Shown here: piece after piece, positions 29,798 to 42,960 of the stretch
Layout: the number at the start of each line of letters is the position of its first letter
How positions within the stretch are numbered: the first letter of the stretch is position 1
Assembly (NCBI RefSeq): GCF_009914755.1
Contig: NC_060941.1
Length of the DNA stretch: 64,000 nt
Origin: the human T2T-CHM13v2.0 reference genome, Homo sapiens
Reading direction: 5' to 3' (one strand)
The notes under the pieces: generated by a model
The model's input: only the letters and a program-made list of their open reading frames with translations
Database searches by the model: none
What the model was told of the DNA's origin: nothing
Position numbers and translations under genes: made by a program

Positions 29798-30273
29798 CTG
29801 TGCTCTAAATCTACGTGGTAGCTACTAGATACATGGGGCTACTGAGCACTTGAAATATGAGAGATAAGTATAAAATATACAATGGATTTCAAAGATTCAG
29901 TATGAAAAACATAAAAAAGCTAATATATTGATGACATATTAACATAATATTCTATTTTGATGATATGGAATTAAATAAAATTTTACTTTAATGCTTCTCT
30001 TTTTGAGAGGGTAACAATGAAGCTAAGTTTATTGAGGACTTACTGTGTACTCAGCGCTGTTCTAGATACTTCAGGTGATTTGGGTCATTTAGTCATCACA
30101 GGAATGCTATGAGTAACTTTTCTTAGCCTTCTTTTTAGAGTTACTATGAGCCTGATACTTAGAGAGTTTAGGATGATTCCTCAATCACCTGTTTCTTTAT
30201 GCTTTTTAAAGTGGCTATCAGAAAATTTTAAGTTACATACGTGGCTCACATCATATTTCTATTGGATGGTGCT
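29798..30273. mobile_element. MER33 interrupted by a MIR-like segment (about 30020-30184)
   Basis: gctactgagcacttgaaat...; tcacctgtttcttt...gtggctcacatcatatttctattgga. Confidence 0.75.
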
Positions 30274-30282
30274 GTTATAGAC

Positions 30283-30964
30283 CAGAAGTAGGCAAATATA
30301 CTCCTGTGCCAAATCTGGCCCTCTGCCTGTTTTTGCGTGGCCCACCAGCTAAGAATGGGTTTTACATTTTTATTTTTCAATTTTCAGAGACAGGGTCTCA
30401 TTCTGTTGCCCAGGCTGGGAGTGCAGTGGTGTGATCATAGCTCACTGCGGCTTCAAACTCCTAGGCTTAACCAATTCTCCCACCCTCAGCCTCCCAGATT
30501 AAGACTACAGGCATGCACCATTATGCCTGGCTAGTTTTGGCTTTGGTTTTGGTTTTGGTTTTGGTCTTTTTAAATTTTATTTTATTTTATTTTATTTTTT
30601 TGTAGGTATGGAGTCTTGCTATGTTGCCCGGGCTGGTCTCAAACTCCTGGCCTCAAGTGATCCTCTTGCCTTGGCCTCCCAAAGTGCTGAAATTAGGGGA
30701 GTGAGGCACCATGCCTGACCTACGTTTTTAAATAGTTGAAGAAAACATCAAGACGAATCTTTCGCGAGAGTTACATGAAATTTGAATTCCAGTGTCTCTA
30801 AATAGAGCTTTATTGGGGCACGGCATGCTCATTCACTTATGACTTGCGTGTGGCTGCTTTCATGTCACAGCAGCAGAATTGTGCAGTCACAACAAGGATC
30901 TTATAGCCCACAAAGCCTAAAATACTGACTATTTGGCCTTTTACAGAAAGTTTGTTGACTTCTG
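30283..30964. mobile_element. MER58B-like MITE split by an AluJ
   Basis: gccaaatctggccc...gctaagaatgg; gcccacaaagcctaaaata...ggccttttacagaaagtttgttgacttctg. Confidence 0.8.
30371..30720 (-). mobile_element. AluJ with middle linker expanded to (GGTTTT)n/(TTTTA)n
   Basis: gatcatagctcactg and cttgctatgttgccc; TSD tac(a/g)ttttta. Confidence 0.9.
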
Positions 30965-31489
30965 CTGTAAACATTCTCCTGATTTTGGACCCCTGGATCA
31001 CTATCTCCTTTTCTGAATTAGTGTCACTTGTCTATTCTAGATTTCTAGACTTACCCAGGAGCCTATAACACGGCTTCTTGGTTCTGTACCCATAACCTGC
31101 CTCCTCATATAACTCCCTATGGAAAGGGTGCCATTTCCTTTCTCACTTGTAGCTGCCACACGAGGCTCCCATGGAGGTGACGTATATGTGATTATTGAGC
31201 GAGCCGTTCTGCTGGGGCTTGTGTCCTTGATGTTGCATCCTGGTGTTTTGCTTTGTGTGGGTTGGGATTTGCCATAAACCAAGCACAAATGCACTGAAAA
31301 CACCAGCTTCTGAGGCTCACAAATTGCTACAGGAGACAGACAGACGGCAATGCTGCCACCACGATGGGAATGGCCATCTGCTGTTATCAGTGTGCAGGAT
31401 GTCACTCAGGGAGTGGAACTCATGGAGTGGAATGAAAACATCTGTTTCCAAGCCTGGATATGATGTCTCCAAAGAACACAAGACAGTGA

Positions 31490-31801
<312 letters not shown>

Positions 31802-32230
31802 TGATTATTTTTACCATAAAAGAAAGACATATTCACCGTTAAAAAAAAAAATGACATGATTTGGGCAGGGAGGGTCCTGGAACTTGAGTTGTATTTGCAA
31901 ACAGATCATACTGACTCTCAAATTGTCTCTCTTTTGCAATAATTTAAGGATCCATTCCCAGTACTGACTTTTCTTCCTGGCTCTATTTCTGTAGGAAGAA
32001 TTCTTTCTCAGGAGGTTTTTTTGGATTCTAATTTAAAAAGCCTTCAGGTGGGTCTTTCCGGCCAGTTCACTTAACTTGTCTGGGCTTATCCGAATCCCAG
32101 TGGTAGGCACAATTTAGGTTCAAGATTCTGACAGTCTCGGCTGTGTGCAACTTGAGGTCAGAAACTGTACAGTTTTCAACTTAGTACCCTGCTGCCTAAT
32201 ACAGTGCCTGTCTGTATGGAAGCACCCGTA

Positions 32231-32413
32231 TAGATCTATGTGGTAGCCACTAGATACATAAAGCTATTGAGCACTTGAAATATGAGATATACATATAAAA
32301 TATACAATGGACTTCAAAGATTCTGCATGAAAAATATGAAATAGCTACTTAATATATAGACTACATATTGAAATAATAGTATTCTATGTTGGTTATACTG
32401 AAGTAAATAAATA
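32231..32413. mobile_element. MER33 fragment, probable local duplicate of 29806-29980
   Basis: tggtagccactagatacat...gagcacttgaaatatgaga. Confidence 0.75.
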
Positions 32414-32736
32414 GGTCTTTCCCCCTCTAGACCTGTTAATCCCCAACCAATAGCCTAGAATTGCCCACATCAGCTTTGCTGTACCTTCCCTAGATTCCTT
32501 TCTCCCTTTCTACATTCTTTCCACTCTAATTGTTCATAGCCTTATGTTCTCCTTCCTTCAGGGCGCTCCACTTAAGCACTCCACTGGTACTCAGACCAGT
32601 TCCTTTAACTCTTATGCAAATAAACTTACCTCCCCCTTGTCACATTTGTTCAGGGTCAAGGTCTTGGTGAAGGAAATTAAAAAAACTATCAAGAACTAAA
32701 TTGCTGGTAGCCAAGAAAAGTTACAATGGACACATG

Positions 32737-32818
32737 TAGCTTCTGATAGGTATCTATCTTCTAGCTTCTGATAGGTAGAATATCTAGGAAAATATCTCCT
32801 AGCTTCTGATAGGTAGAA
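32737..32818. repeat. Three spaced copies of tagcttctgataggta
   Basis: Exact 16-mers at 32737, 32762 and 32800. Confidence 0.9.
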
Positions 32819-33696
32819 AATAGTCATGGTTCCTATCTCAATGAATCCTTAGATTTCTATTTGACTGTTGTTCATATGTTTAGAACAAACTCCCCTTTAC
32901 TGGAGCTATTTAAAATGGGTTTGTTCCTTGACACTCAACGTGCCTTGAGCAGAACAACCAACCATTCTTTCAAATAACACACAGTTAATTTCAAAGGTTC
33001 CTCTTGTTTTTAGGAGGTTTCATGGGAGTCTATTTCTTTTGGTATGAGGAGCAAATGGTCTTGTTGCTACTACTGTCCAGGTCAAAGAGAAGTCATCTAA
33101 TGTTTGTGGTATCATCTTTTTAACTCATAGCAAGCACAGGAAACTCCTGTTTCTTCCTTGGAAAAGCATTTTTTTTTCTGTATGACTTTCTGATTATTTC
33201 AATTGTTCAGTCATTCAATTAATATCCTCTGATATTATTATGTATAGGAAGATATGACGGGACTAGTGATACCCTGTCAAAAAGGTGCCAATTCACTTGG
33301 ACATTCTGGTGAATGATGACATGTAATAAGCCACAAGAAAAATATAAGGTAGAAATAAGGCAATACAGAGAATCAAAACAGAGTGATGTAGTTAATAAAT
33401 GGCTATTTTAGATTATGTCTTTCAGGGAAGGCTACTCTAAGAAGCTGGTGTTTAAGCCAATATCTGAATGTCAAGGAGGAGTCAGCTATTTGGAAGTCGG
33501 GGAGTACAAAGGCCCTAAGATGGGATCAAGCATAGTGTGCACAGAGGATGCTTATGCTGAATGGAGAAGTGGAAGATAATAAGAACAGAAATGTGAGTAA
33601 GGGGCATGTCACAATAGGGCTTTGTAAGTCAGGGGAGGAAGAGTATTCAAAGTATTATGGATACTCTTGGAGGCCCCCTGTTTAAAAAGTGAGGTA

Positions 33697-33983
33697 TAAT
33701 CCCAGCACTTTGGGAGGCCAAGGCAGGCGGATCATCTGAGGTCAGGAGTTTGAGACAAGATGGCCAACATGGCAAAACCGAGTCTCTTCTAAAAATACAA
33801 AAACAAAAAAAAAATTAGCCAGGTGTGGTGGTGAGCACCTGTAATCCCAGCTACTTGGGAGACTGAGGCAGGAGAATTGCTTCAATCTGGGAAGCAGAGG
33901 TTGCAGTGAGCCAAGATTGCATCATTGTACTCCAGCCTGGGTGACAGAGCAAGACTCCATCTCAAAAAAAAAAAAAAAAAAAA
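33697..33983 (+). mobile_element. AluSx, 5'-truncated by about 25 nt
   Basis: Begins taatcccagcactttgggagg; A tail. Confidence 0.92.
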
Positions 33984-34395
33984 TCATAAAATTCACCTAT
34001 TCAAGTATACAATTAAATGATTTTTAGTAAATTTGCAGAAGTATGTAACAATCACTACAGTTCAGTTTTAGATCATTTTCATCCTCCTCCCCCAAATTCC
34101 TCCTGCTCCTTTGCAGTCATTCCTTATTCCCACCCTCAGCTCTTGGCAACTGTTCATCTACTCTGTCTTTGATTACTTCCTATAAAGGAATCATATAATA
34201 TGTAGTGTTTTGCATTTGACTCCTTTCATGAGGTTTTGAGACTCGTCCATGTTGTGGCCCATGCTTTGTTTCGTTCTTCTGTCTTTTAATGCTGCGTAGC
34301 AGTTCATGGCATGGATAGCCCATGTTTTGCTTATTCACCCACCCGTTGATGGCCACAAGGGTTTGTTTCCAGATTTTGGTTATTATAAATAATAA
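33984..34395 (-). mobile_element. L1MB/ME-like 3' end
   Basis: cataaaattcacctattcaagtatacaattaaatgatttttagtaaatttgcaga. Confidence 0.75.
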
Positions 34396-36037
34396 CAGCC
34401 CTGGAAGGTTTTAAGCAGCAAAATAACTGACATGATCTGACTGTCAGGAAGATTATGGTGGCTAATCTTGAGGGTGTGGAGGGTGGAATGAAGAGATGCA
34501 GCGGTGGAAGCAGGAAGAGCAGTTAAACTGTTGCGTTTCCCTAGACAAGTATGATAGTACTTGGAACAGAGGGATAAAGTAGTAGAGATGGAGGGGAGTG
34601 TGAGGACTTGGGGTATGTTTTGGAAGAGAGTAAGAAGTGTCCACTGATGGATTAGACATGGTACGAGAAAAGTTTGGTAGATGAGGAACAAACAATTTGA
34701 GGCTCTAATCATTTGGAATCATCATTTGATTAGAGCCCTGAGGTTTAGACTTCTCTACAGCCACATGTAATGCTAGAAGACAGTGGAGAAGTATCTATGG
34801 AGTCTCTGGAAAAGATGGTTGATCCAGGAATTTATACTCGGCCATGATGTTTTTCAGATATAAAGGCCATAGACACAAGGCAACATATATACATGTTTCA
34901 AAGCCTGTGAAAACTCAGATGACAGAGCACTCTCTGTATACCTTTTTAAAAAAGTTTAATTATTTTAACTAAAGATAGTATATATAGCATAGCCTTGTTC
35001 TTATTTATCTATTTACCTATTATCTCCTTAGCTGTCTTTCTCTCTGCCTATCCATCCATACTTTTACCTGTATGGGAAATGGGAATTATCATAAATGATA
35101 GTCACCAAATAACATTAGTTATTTCTGGTTAATTGGGTTTGGAATAATTTTTAAGCCTTGTTTTTTAATTTCTTTGTATCATTTACATTTTAAAAATAAC
35201 AAATTGTATTTTTTAATTAAAAAAATATAAGCATTAAGTGCAGCTAAGTTGTGAGCATAAGGAAAGAAACACCAAGTGCAGTGGAGCCATAAGCTGGAAT
35301 GGGCTTGCATCCTTACTGGCTTTCTTTAGAAGCTGTACCAACCCTAGTCAATTCCCTGTGGACTGCTTGTTACACGAAAGCAATAGACTCTTGGACTGAA
35401 ACATTAATGTCAGGTCCCTGTTAAATGCAGCTGTTGGCAATACTAACAATATGTAGTTTTATCGGGTATGTTAATTAAACTAATTTTGTGTTTTCCTCTT
35501 TTTCTTGCATTGGTTTGGGAGTCCAATTGGATGACTGGTTTCATATTGGCTTTGGGGTGATCAGGTGATAAACTTTGAACTACCTGGAATTGGAGGGAGT
35601 GATTGCTGGCAATTTATTCAGGTCACAACTTTTAGTATGTTCAAATTTGTTTTTTCATTGTCTTTGTTACCATATTTCTGTTGTCAAATTGTCAGTGATA
35701 ATCTATATCCTGTGCTAGCAGGATACCCAAGAGAGTTTGGAACTAGCCCCACTACAGCCTTGTACATTGATGAAGAGTCGTGAGTGTGCAATTAGTATGT
35801 TAGCAGGACTCTGGTAATTAGAGGTGGCCTGACAACTCTGCTACTAAGACTTGGTTATTCTTATATGTTTAATTAATGATAAAACTTAGAATCCAACCTC
35901 ATTACATTACTATGAATCATGAGAACAGAATGAGAAAAAAATGACTTTGGAAGATTTAGGTGGAAAAAAAATTTTAAGAATGTTTAGAAGATCTTGTAAA
36001 ATCTCCTCAGGCATATTTAAAAAGATGATGACCTGTT

Positions 36038-36062
36038 ACTATTATTATTATTATTATTATTT
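36038..36062. repeat. (ATT)n microsatellite
   Basis: Direct observation. Confidence 0.85.
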
Positions 36063-36389
36063 TTTGCAGTGACTAATTGTTCTTTTGGATAGTGGGGGAC
36101 ATCAAGATGCCCTGTCCCTATCCCTCTGGCCCTGTGTGTGTGGTATATTGGCTCTGACGTGTTAAGAAACAAAATTTTTCAAAGTGGCAAATCAGATTCT
36201 TTGCAGAATTCTTGCTCAGGAGCAGCCATTTCTCAGTGAGTTTCTTGGGATCTGAAGCTTTGAATGCAAGCATGCCCATTTCTTATCTCCAGCTGTAGGC
36301 ACAGGTCAATAGAAAATGCAGGGCTGAAAGCCACGACAGGGGTCAGGGGCTAGCAGAGGGCCAAGAAAAGTGAATATAGAATCAAGTCA

Positions 36390-36680
36390 AGCTTAACATT
36401 AGGGGAAATGGGGTGATATGCGATCTCTCTGTACTATCTTTGCAACTCTTCCATGAATCTAAAATTATTTCAAAATAAAAAGTTTAAAAATGTCAAAGAG
36501 GAAGGTAGAAACTGGAAGAGCATGTGATGGGAGCTTCTGGGGAGCAGGTCTTCTGTTTCTTGATCTGTGTGCTGATTACACAGTATGTTCATGTTGCAAG
36601 ATTTCATCTGGCTGTACGCTTTTGATTAGTGCACTTTTCTGTGTATGTGTTGTACTTGAAAACCAAGTTTACTTAAAAAA
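36390..36680 (+). mobile_element. Two adjacent old L1M 3'-terminal fragments
   Basis: ctctctgtactatctttgcaact...tcaaaataaaaagtt; tttcttgatctgtgtgctgattacacag...gtgcacttttctgtgtatgtgtt. Confidence 0.7.
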
Positions 36681-38479
36681 TGTTGTATCAGCCACAGCAG
36701 CCAGGATATGCTTTGAAGCCTTTAAAATTGAGGCAAAACCTGCTTCGAGTTATTTTTTAAATTTGTGAACTCAGTTCATCGCTGGGGTCATGGACCAATC
36801 CTGGAGCCCAAGTTTACCCTCTCTCCTGTCAGTTAGGGCAAAGGCTAGGAATGTATTAATGACCACCGCACCATCACTTGGTAGTTCTTGGAATTTTACA
36901 TTTTCTACGTTGAAGTTCAGTGATACACCTGGAATGCTTCTGAGTCACAGCATTGCCTACTCTGTTAGCCCCAGACTAGACTCTGGCTTATTGACTGCCT
37001 GGCTCTCCAGGAACACACTTAAATTTGGCTGTTGTAGGCCTCTTCTGACCTTTAGGACAGTCTCACATGTCTACCAGTTAATGAAGGTGAGCCATGGTTT
37101 CTTCAGGGCTGTTTATTGCAATTGGCTTGCACTTTCCCTGCTTGTTCCTGCTTTGGTGCTGTCCCTGCCGAACTCTGAACCCTTGGCACTGCCCCCACAA
37201 CGTTATTCCTCTGGGCCTTTGACTTCTATATTTGCATTGGTCTCTTTGGCATTGGATTCATGATTCTCTCTAATGGACTTTGGCTTGTAACCTGTCTCAA
37301 TCTGAACTGCCCTCACTATGCATGACCCTTTGGAAACCAATCTCCGATGATTTCTTCTTGGCTGATGTCCTCCCTCATTGGGTTCCCCAGAGAGGTGGTC
37401 AGGAGTGGTATTCCAGTAGCTACGACCTTGATGGTGGATTGAATCATGCTCCTCATTCCCCCAGCCACTAGCTAGGGTCCAATAATGAATAAGTTGATCA
37501 CTTGAATAATGCAAACCCTTCCCTTGGCTTCATGTAATCTCCACTCTTGAGTTTTGCTATTGTGCTCTTCTGTCAGATTGGACTTGTCAGCGTTGATACT
37601 CACCCAGACCAGGCTTGAGCTAACTATACCCTTTGGACATGATATCTTGAATTGATGGGTCCTCTCTGAAGAAGAACCAGCTTCTATAGCCTGGTAAGCT
37701 CCTTACCTCACTGATGTCCTCTCAACAACAGCTGGTATTGCTGGCTCCTAGCACATTTTGACCTTGATTCCAGCCATGTTCTTTCCAAGCAGGTTAAAGG
37801 CAAGAGTATGTGCTGAGTAGGTAAATTATGTGGTGACTTCTGGAGTGCAGGTGTCTTCTCCTTTCTGTCCCATTTAATAAGCATGGTTCCCTTATCAATG
37901 CTTGAAAAACCTGCTCTGGCATTTGTAGATTCTATTTCCAAACCTCCTGTAGGCCCCCTCCCAATCTCCCATTCCACTGCTTCTTGCTCATGGCTTTCTC
38001 ATGGCTCTGTCTTCCCTTATTTTGATTCTAATTCCCAGTTCTTTTTCCACACCTTGCTTGGCTCCTGGTTTCAGCCACTCTTTTGGCTTTGTCATTGATA
38101 CCTTTCAAGGAAATGATCTTGATGTTGGTCATCCTGCCCCATGTACGGGGGCTGAGGGTAAGAGGCATCCTGACTGTGTGCCCTACCTTCTTACTAATGG
38201 GACTGACCTTACAGCAATGTTTTTCTTGACCTTTGCCTTCCTTGTTCCTTCCTTTCCTTGTTAGGGTAAGTAATTTTATTCATAGATACACTTTGGGGTC
38301 TGACTGTTGGAGATATTTTCTACTTTCCCTGAATTTTCTGGGAGAACTTCATAATCAGCACAGGCTTAGTAGATGAGTAGTTTTACCATTCTGCTAAGAT
38401 GCTTCATTTTGGTAGCCTTTTCTCCTCTAGATAAGGGAGAAATAGGGTGATAATTTGGGAAATTTTAAATGTGGAGGCT

Positions 38480-38897
38480 GTGTAAGACTTTATTGTTTGG
38501 CTAATCCAGTACACACTCCTGTTTTGTTCACCTGCTCTGTAGGGGCTAGAAAAGCTAAATGCTCATTACTCAGCCTTCCTTTCTCCTGGGAATGGTTCCC
38601 CCAGTAAAGAGATGAACACAGCTGACATCATCTCAACTTTTTTCCTCCTGAGAACACGTGGATCAAATACCTGGAGGTGAAGCATCCAATTTAGAACTGC
38701 ATGGGAAAGGCTAAGAAGATTACCAAGAAATTGACCATGCAATCATTGAGCTATCAGTTGTTTACTTTCAGGCTTCTTAGGGGAAAAAGTCTTATTTGTT
38801 TAAACTAAATAAAAATCCTTAATTTGCTTAAATTAGTTTAAACAGAAGTGAGTTTTTTTTAAAATTATTTTTCAGCCAAAATCATTCCCATTTGATA
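38480..38897 (+). mobile_element. Old LTR (LTR33/MLT1K-like)
   Basis: ctctgtaggggctagaaaagctaaa...atcattgagct...cagccaaaatcattcc. Confidence 0.45.
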
Positions 38898-39349
38898 GAG
38901 ATCTGGCTAATAACAAAGGTAACACAGTGAACTGACCTAGAGTGGACACAGATCTGTGCTGCTGTCCTGACATATAAACTACGAGGGGGAAAATTAGGCT
39001 TCTTTGCCCAGAACTTTAGGGGAGAGTTCATGATCATCGTGAGAATGTGGGCTGCAGAGCTAAGCAGCTGCCTAACATGCTGCAGATTGATTTATCTTAG
39101 ACTAATAGGGAAGACAATCTGAGGCAAGTATGATGAGGTCACATTAGCCTCTATTCTCTTAAACCATATAGACTCGTGGAGCTCTGTTAGCATGAGCTTG
39201 GGGCATATCACTCTTAATGGTGGTAAAAGCTATCAGCTGTCAGCTTTTTGATCCAATTTAGCAATTTACTGTCTTCTTTCTCATTTACCTGGCCCAAAAA
39301 GTGTAACTGTCTCTCTGAAAAAGAGAGACCCTGTGCTTACATCTTGGGT

Positions 39350-40095
39350 CAGTAGTTCTCAGTGGGGGAAGGTGACATTTCCTCTCCCCACCCAGGGAAT
39401 ATTTGGCAATGTCTGGAGACATTTTTGTTTGTCACAACTTGGAGAGGATGCTCTTGGTTTCTAGTAAGTAGAGGGCAGAGTTGGAACTAAACATCCTCCT
39501 GTCCACAGGACGGTCCCCTACAACAGCAGTCCCCAACCTTTTTGGTACCAGGGACCGGTTTTGTAAAAGACAGTTTTTCCATGGACCGGTTTGGAGGTGG
39601 GGGTGGGGGAGACGGTTTTGGGATGATTCAAGCACATTACATTTATTGTGTACTTTTATTACATTGTAATATATAATGAAAAGATCATACAATTCACCAT
39701 AGGTAGAATCAGTGGGAGCCCTGAGCTTGTTTTCCTGCAACTAGATGATCCCATCTGGGGGTGATGGAAGACAGTGACAGATCATCAACCATTAGATTCT
39801 CATAGAGCACATGACCTAGATCCCTTGCATGCATAGTTCACAGTAGGGTTTGTGCTCCTATGAGAGTCTAATGCTCCTGCTGATCTGACAGGTGGCGGAG
39901 CTCAGGCACTAATGTGAGTGATGGAAAGTGGCTATAAACACAGATGAAGCTTCCCTGGCTTGCCCGCTGCTCACCTCCTGCTGTGTGGCCAAGTTCCTAG
40001 CAGGCCATGGACTGGTACCTACAACAATTGGGCCCCTACCCTACAACAACAATTATGCAACCAAGGATATCACTAGTGCTGGATTTAGCTCTGTT
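39350..40095 (+). mobile_element. MER20 split by MER1A
   Basis: cagtagttctc...atatttggcaatgtctggagacatttttgtttgtcacaact. Confidence 0.85.
39524..40038. mobile_element. MER1A (hAT-Charlie) with 8-bp TSD
   Basis: cagcagtccccaacctttttggtaccagggacc...; TSD ccctacaa at 39516-39523 and 40039-40046. Confidence 0.92.
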
Positions 40096-40974
40096 TTAGA
40101 CCCATAAATCAGTTGCATGATTTGGGTTTAAATCCTTGGCTATCTCTTAGCTTCTGTTCAACCTCTCTTCATAGTAACTGTTGACTTTGAGGAATCCCAT
40201 TGAATCTGTCCCCAGGACTCTGTTTGGTCATTGCCCCCACTAGGTCAGACCTCAAGCCCTGAAAAAGAGATGCAGATAGGAGCGGAGTGTGCCAGAGCAG
40301 CACTGTCTTGTTTTCCTAGCAAGGTCTGGGAGAAAGAAGGTAAGACAGAAGCTGTTAGGATAAAGTGTAGGATAGTTTTTTCTGAGCAGTAGAGGTGAAA
40401 TGGGATCTTGTCTGTGTCGGATAAAACTAAGAGGTCCATTACATGAAGGAATTGGAAGCAGGTGAATGGCTGCTAAAGCTGAACAAGAAAGGGCAATTGA
40501 TGCAAAGTAGCATGCAAAGAAATCATGTAGGGTGGATTTACAGGAAGCTAAATTAAACTGACATTGCTCAAGATACAACACTGCACAGAAAGTGGAAGGC
40601 AGGGCAGAAGGGAGAGCCAAGGAGACTGGGAGAGTCACAGTAGTGGATGGAGCTACCTGTACCCTAAAGCAAGAGGGCTTTGAAATGGACAAAATGTCTG
40701 CCCCAGACAGCCTCTCACACTCTACTAGGGTAAGAGAATAATCACTGGCAGTTCAGGGCCTAATTAGTCTCTGATTTAGCTGTAAAGGCTTCTGTCAGGT
40801 AGCACTTGGCTGCACCTGCAAGACCAGTAGTTCTTAATAGGATGAAAGGAATTTCTTCTCACCCACCCAGGTCTGCTCTATCATCATCTTAGGGAAATTT
40901 TCTGATACACTGCATGTCCCAGAAATCAATTTTTTGGTTAATTGGACACTTTAGTTAATGCAGAATTAACATGA

Positions 40975-41165
40975 GGCTGTGGAATGGTGGCAAGAGTCCT
41001 GGGCTTAGATCAAAGGCATAGCTCTGTTGCTTTCTAGTGAATTACATCAATTATCCAAGCTTCAGGCTTTGAATCTTCTAACTGGGTATCATACGCCTGT
41101 CCTGTCTGTTAGTGATAATGCAGGAATCAAATGAGGTGATGTATGTAGGAGTGTTTTGAACATTC
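40975..41165 (+). mobile_element. MIR (MIRb/c-like)
   Basis: ggaatggtggcaagagtcctgg...ggaatcaaatgaggtgatgtatgt. Confidence 0.55.
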
Positions 41166-41763
41166 TATATTGAAATATACATATTGAAGATATTATATTA
41201 CATGCTAAGCATGAATTGCTATCTTCAAAGAATGAGAATAAAAGTACACATAAAGTTCAAATTATGCAGAATAGATTTTATTCTCTTATATGATACAGAA
41301 TATTTTTCAGTATCAGAGGAGATGGCAGAGAAAAAAATGTAGACATTTCAAAGTCGCTGTCCAGAGTTCTGGCCTCTAAAGTGAAAAACATGAAGTTGAT
41401 CCTTTATTTAGTGAAATACATTAAGATGTTTCAGATTATCCAAAGGAAGACTAGGAGTACAGGTTCTAGAGGTAAACTTGAGAAGAGTTGAGTTTCAGAA
41501 GGAGCCAGAGAGTAAAGGGAGCCTAGAAACCGAGGGACAGAGGGTGCTGAGCGCTGTTGTGCTATAAAACTCCTAACTGCTCAGATCTTCAGACACCTGC
41601 TACTTCCTCAAATGACTTGAGAGAGTAGTGTCCACTTTAGGGAAGACGGCAAGTGTCACCACAGAAAAGGGGCTGAGTTCCAGATTGGTGAGGGGCAGAG
41701 AAAAAAAAGATGCTGTAGGTGTTGGGTGTGAAACCAGAGTAACCAGGACTCAGAACTATAACA

Positions 41764-41858
41764 CAGGGTAACTCTTAAGGACTCCTAGTTTTGGCACTGA
41801 AACTTTATATCTCAGGAAACTCCTTAGTCCTAGGCAAATGGGAAGAGTTGGTCACCCT
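41764..41858. mobile_element. MER81-like hAT-Blackjack MITE
   Basis: agggtaac...ttttggcactgaaa...gttggtcaccct with inverted ends. Confidence 0.65.
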
Positions 41859-42234
41859 CTAAGTGTGATGCTGGGATGGGAAAAGTCAGAATTTCCAGAT
41901 ATCTTTGGAAAGCCAACGGACCCTCTCACCAGGCATGAATAGAGAAATGAGACAATTAAAAAAAAATCCCTAAGAACAGGATGACATCTTGTTTGATATG
42001 TGTACTAGAATATTTAGGTTAATAAAGACATTTGGTTGACATAGAGGTAGAAGAGAGCACAAGTCTTGCTGTTTTCATTGGTTTACATTAGTTTTCCCTA
42101 ATGCTGGGCTATTGTTTCTTTAATTCACCTTAAAAGAAGAATGTATTCAAGGTTCTTGTATGTGAAATTCAGGGTAAATGAAGCAACATGACTCTACTCA
42201 TGAATACAAGTAAAAAGCAAAAGCCAAAAAAATC

Positions 42235-42960
42235 CTCATTTTATTAGAAAATAGACTTTCAGAAAAGCTGCAAGAAATAGTATATAGTTCAAAGACCACC
42301 AATATACTTTTTTCCAGATGAGCTATTGTTAACATTTTTAGCCCATTTGCTTTGATTTTTCTTTCTCTACACACACACACACACACACAGACACAGAAAC
42401 ATAGAAATTTTCTGAACCTTTTGATATAAGTTTGTATGCATCATGCTCCTTTATCCCCAAATACTTTAAATATGTATTTCCTAAGAATAGGAATATTCTT
42501 ATACGTCAACTTCAGTAATTTAACACTAATATGATGCTTTAATCTACCATGCATATTCCAATTTTGTCAATTAACTCAATAATGTCCATTATAGCATTTC
42601 TTTTTATCCTTCCAGTACAGAAATAAATGTAGGCTCAAGTATTTAGTTGTCACGTCTCTTTAGTCTCCTTTAATTTGGAGCTTTTTGCGACATTTATCAT
42701 TTGACATTGATATTTTTGAAGCTACAATCCTGTTTTTGTGTTTAACAGAAAGTTCCTTGTTTTCGGATTTATCTGATGTTTCCTTGTGGTTAGATTCAGG
42801 TTATGCATCTTTGCTTGAATGCTGTATAAGCAATTCTATGTCCTTCTCAAGGTATCACATCTGAAGGTGCCCATCTCCATCTGTCCCTCACTGATGTTAA
42901 TTTTGACCATCCAGTCAAGGAGTTTGTCTGATTATGCACTGTTGAGTTACTGTTTTTCCT
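42235..42960 (-). mobile_element. L1MC4/5-like 3' end containing (CA)n at about 42369-42388
   Basis: tgtatttcctaagaataggaatattctt...tctgatgtttccttgtggttagattcaggttatgcat. Confidence 0.75.

Larger units (their letters stand above)
33200..34690 (-). mobile_element. LINE-2 fragments flanking a nested L1M and Alu
   Basis: tcagggaaggctactctaagaag...gaggagtcagct; ggttttaagcag...tgacatgatctgact. Confidence 0.65.

Noticed and set aside
32737-32818. CRISPR-like repeat-spacer array
   Set aside because: Only three 16-20 bp repeats with short, self-derived spacers in primate DNA, and no cas genes.
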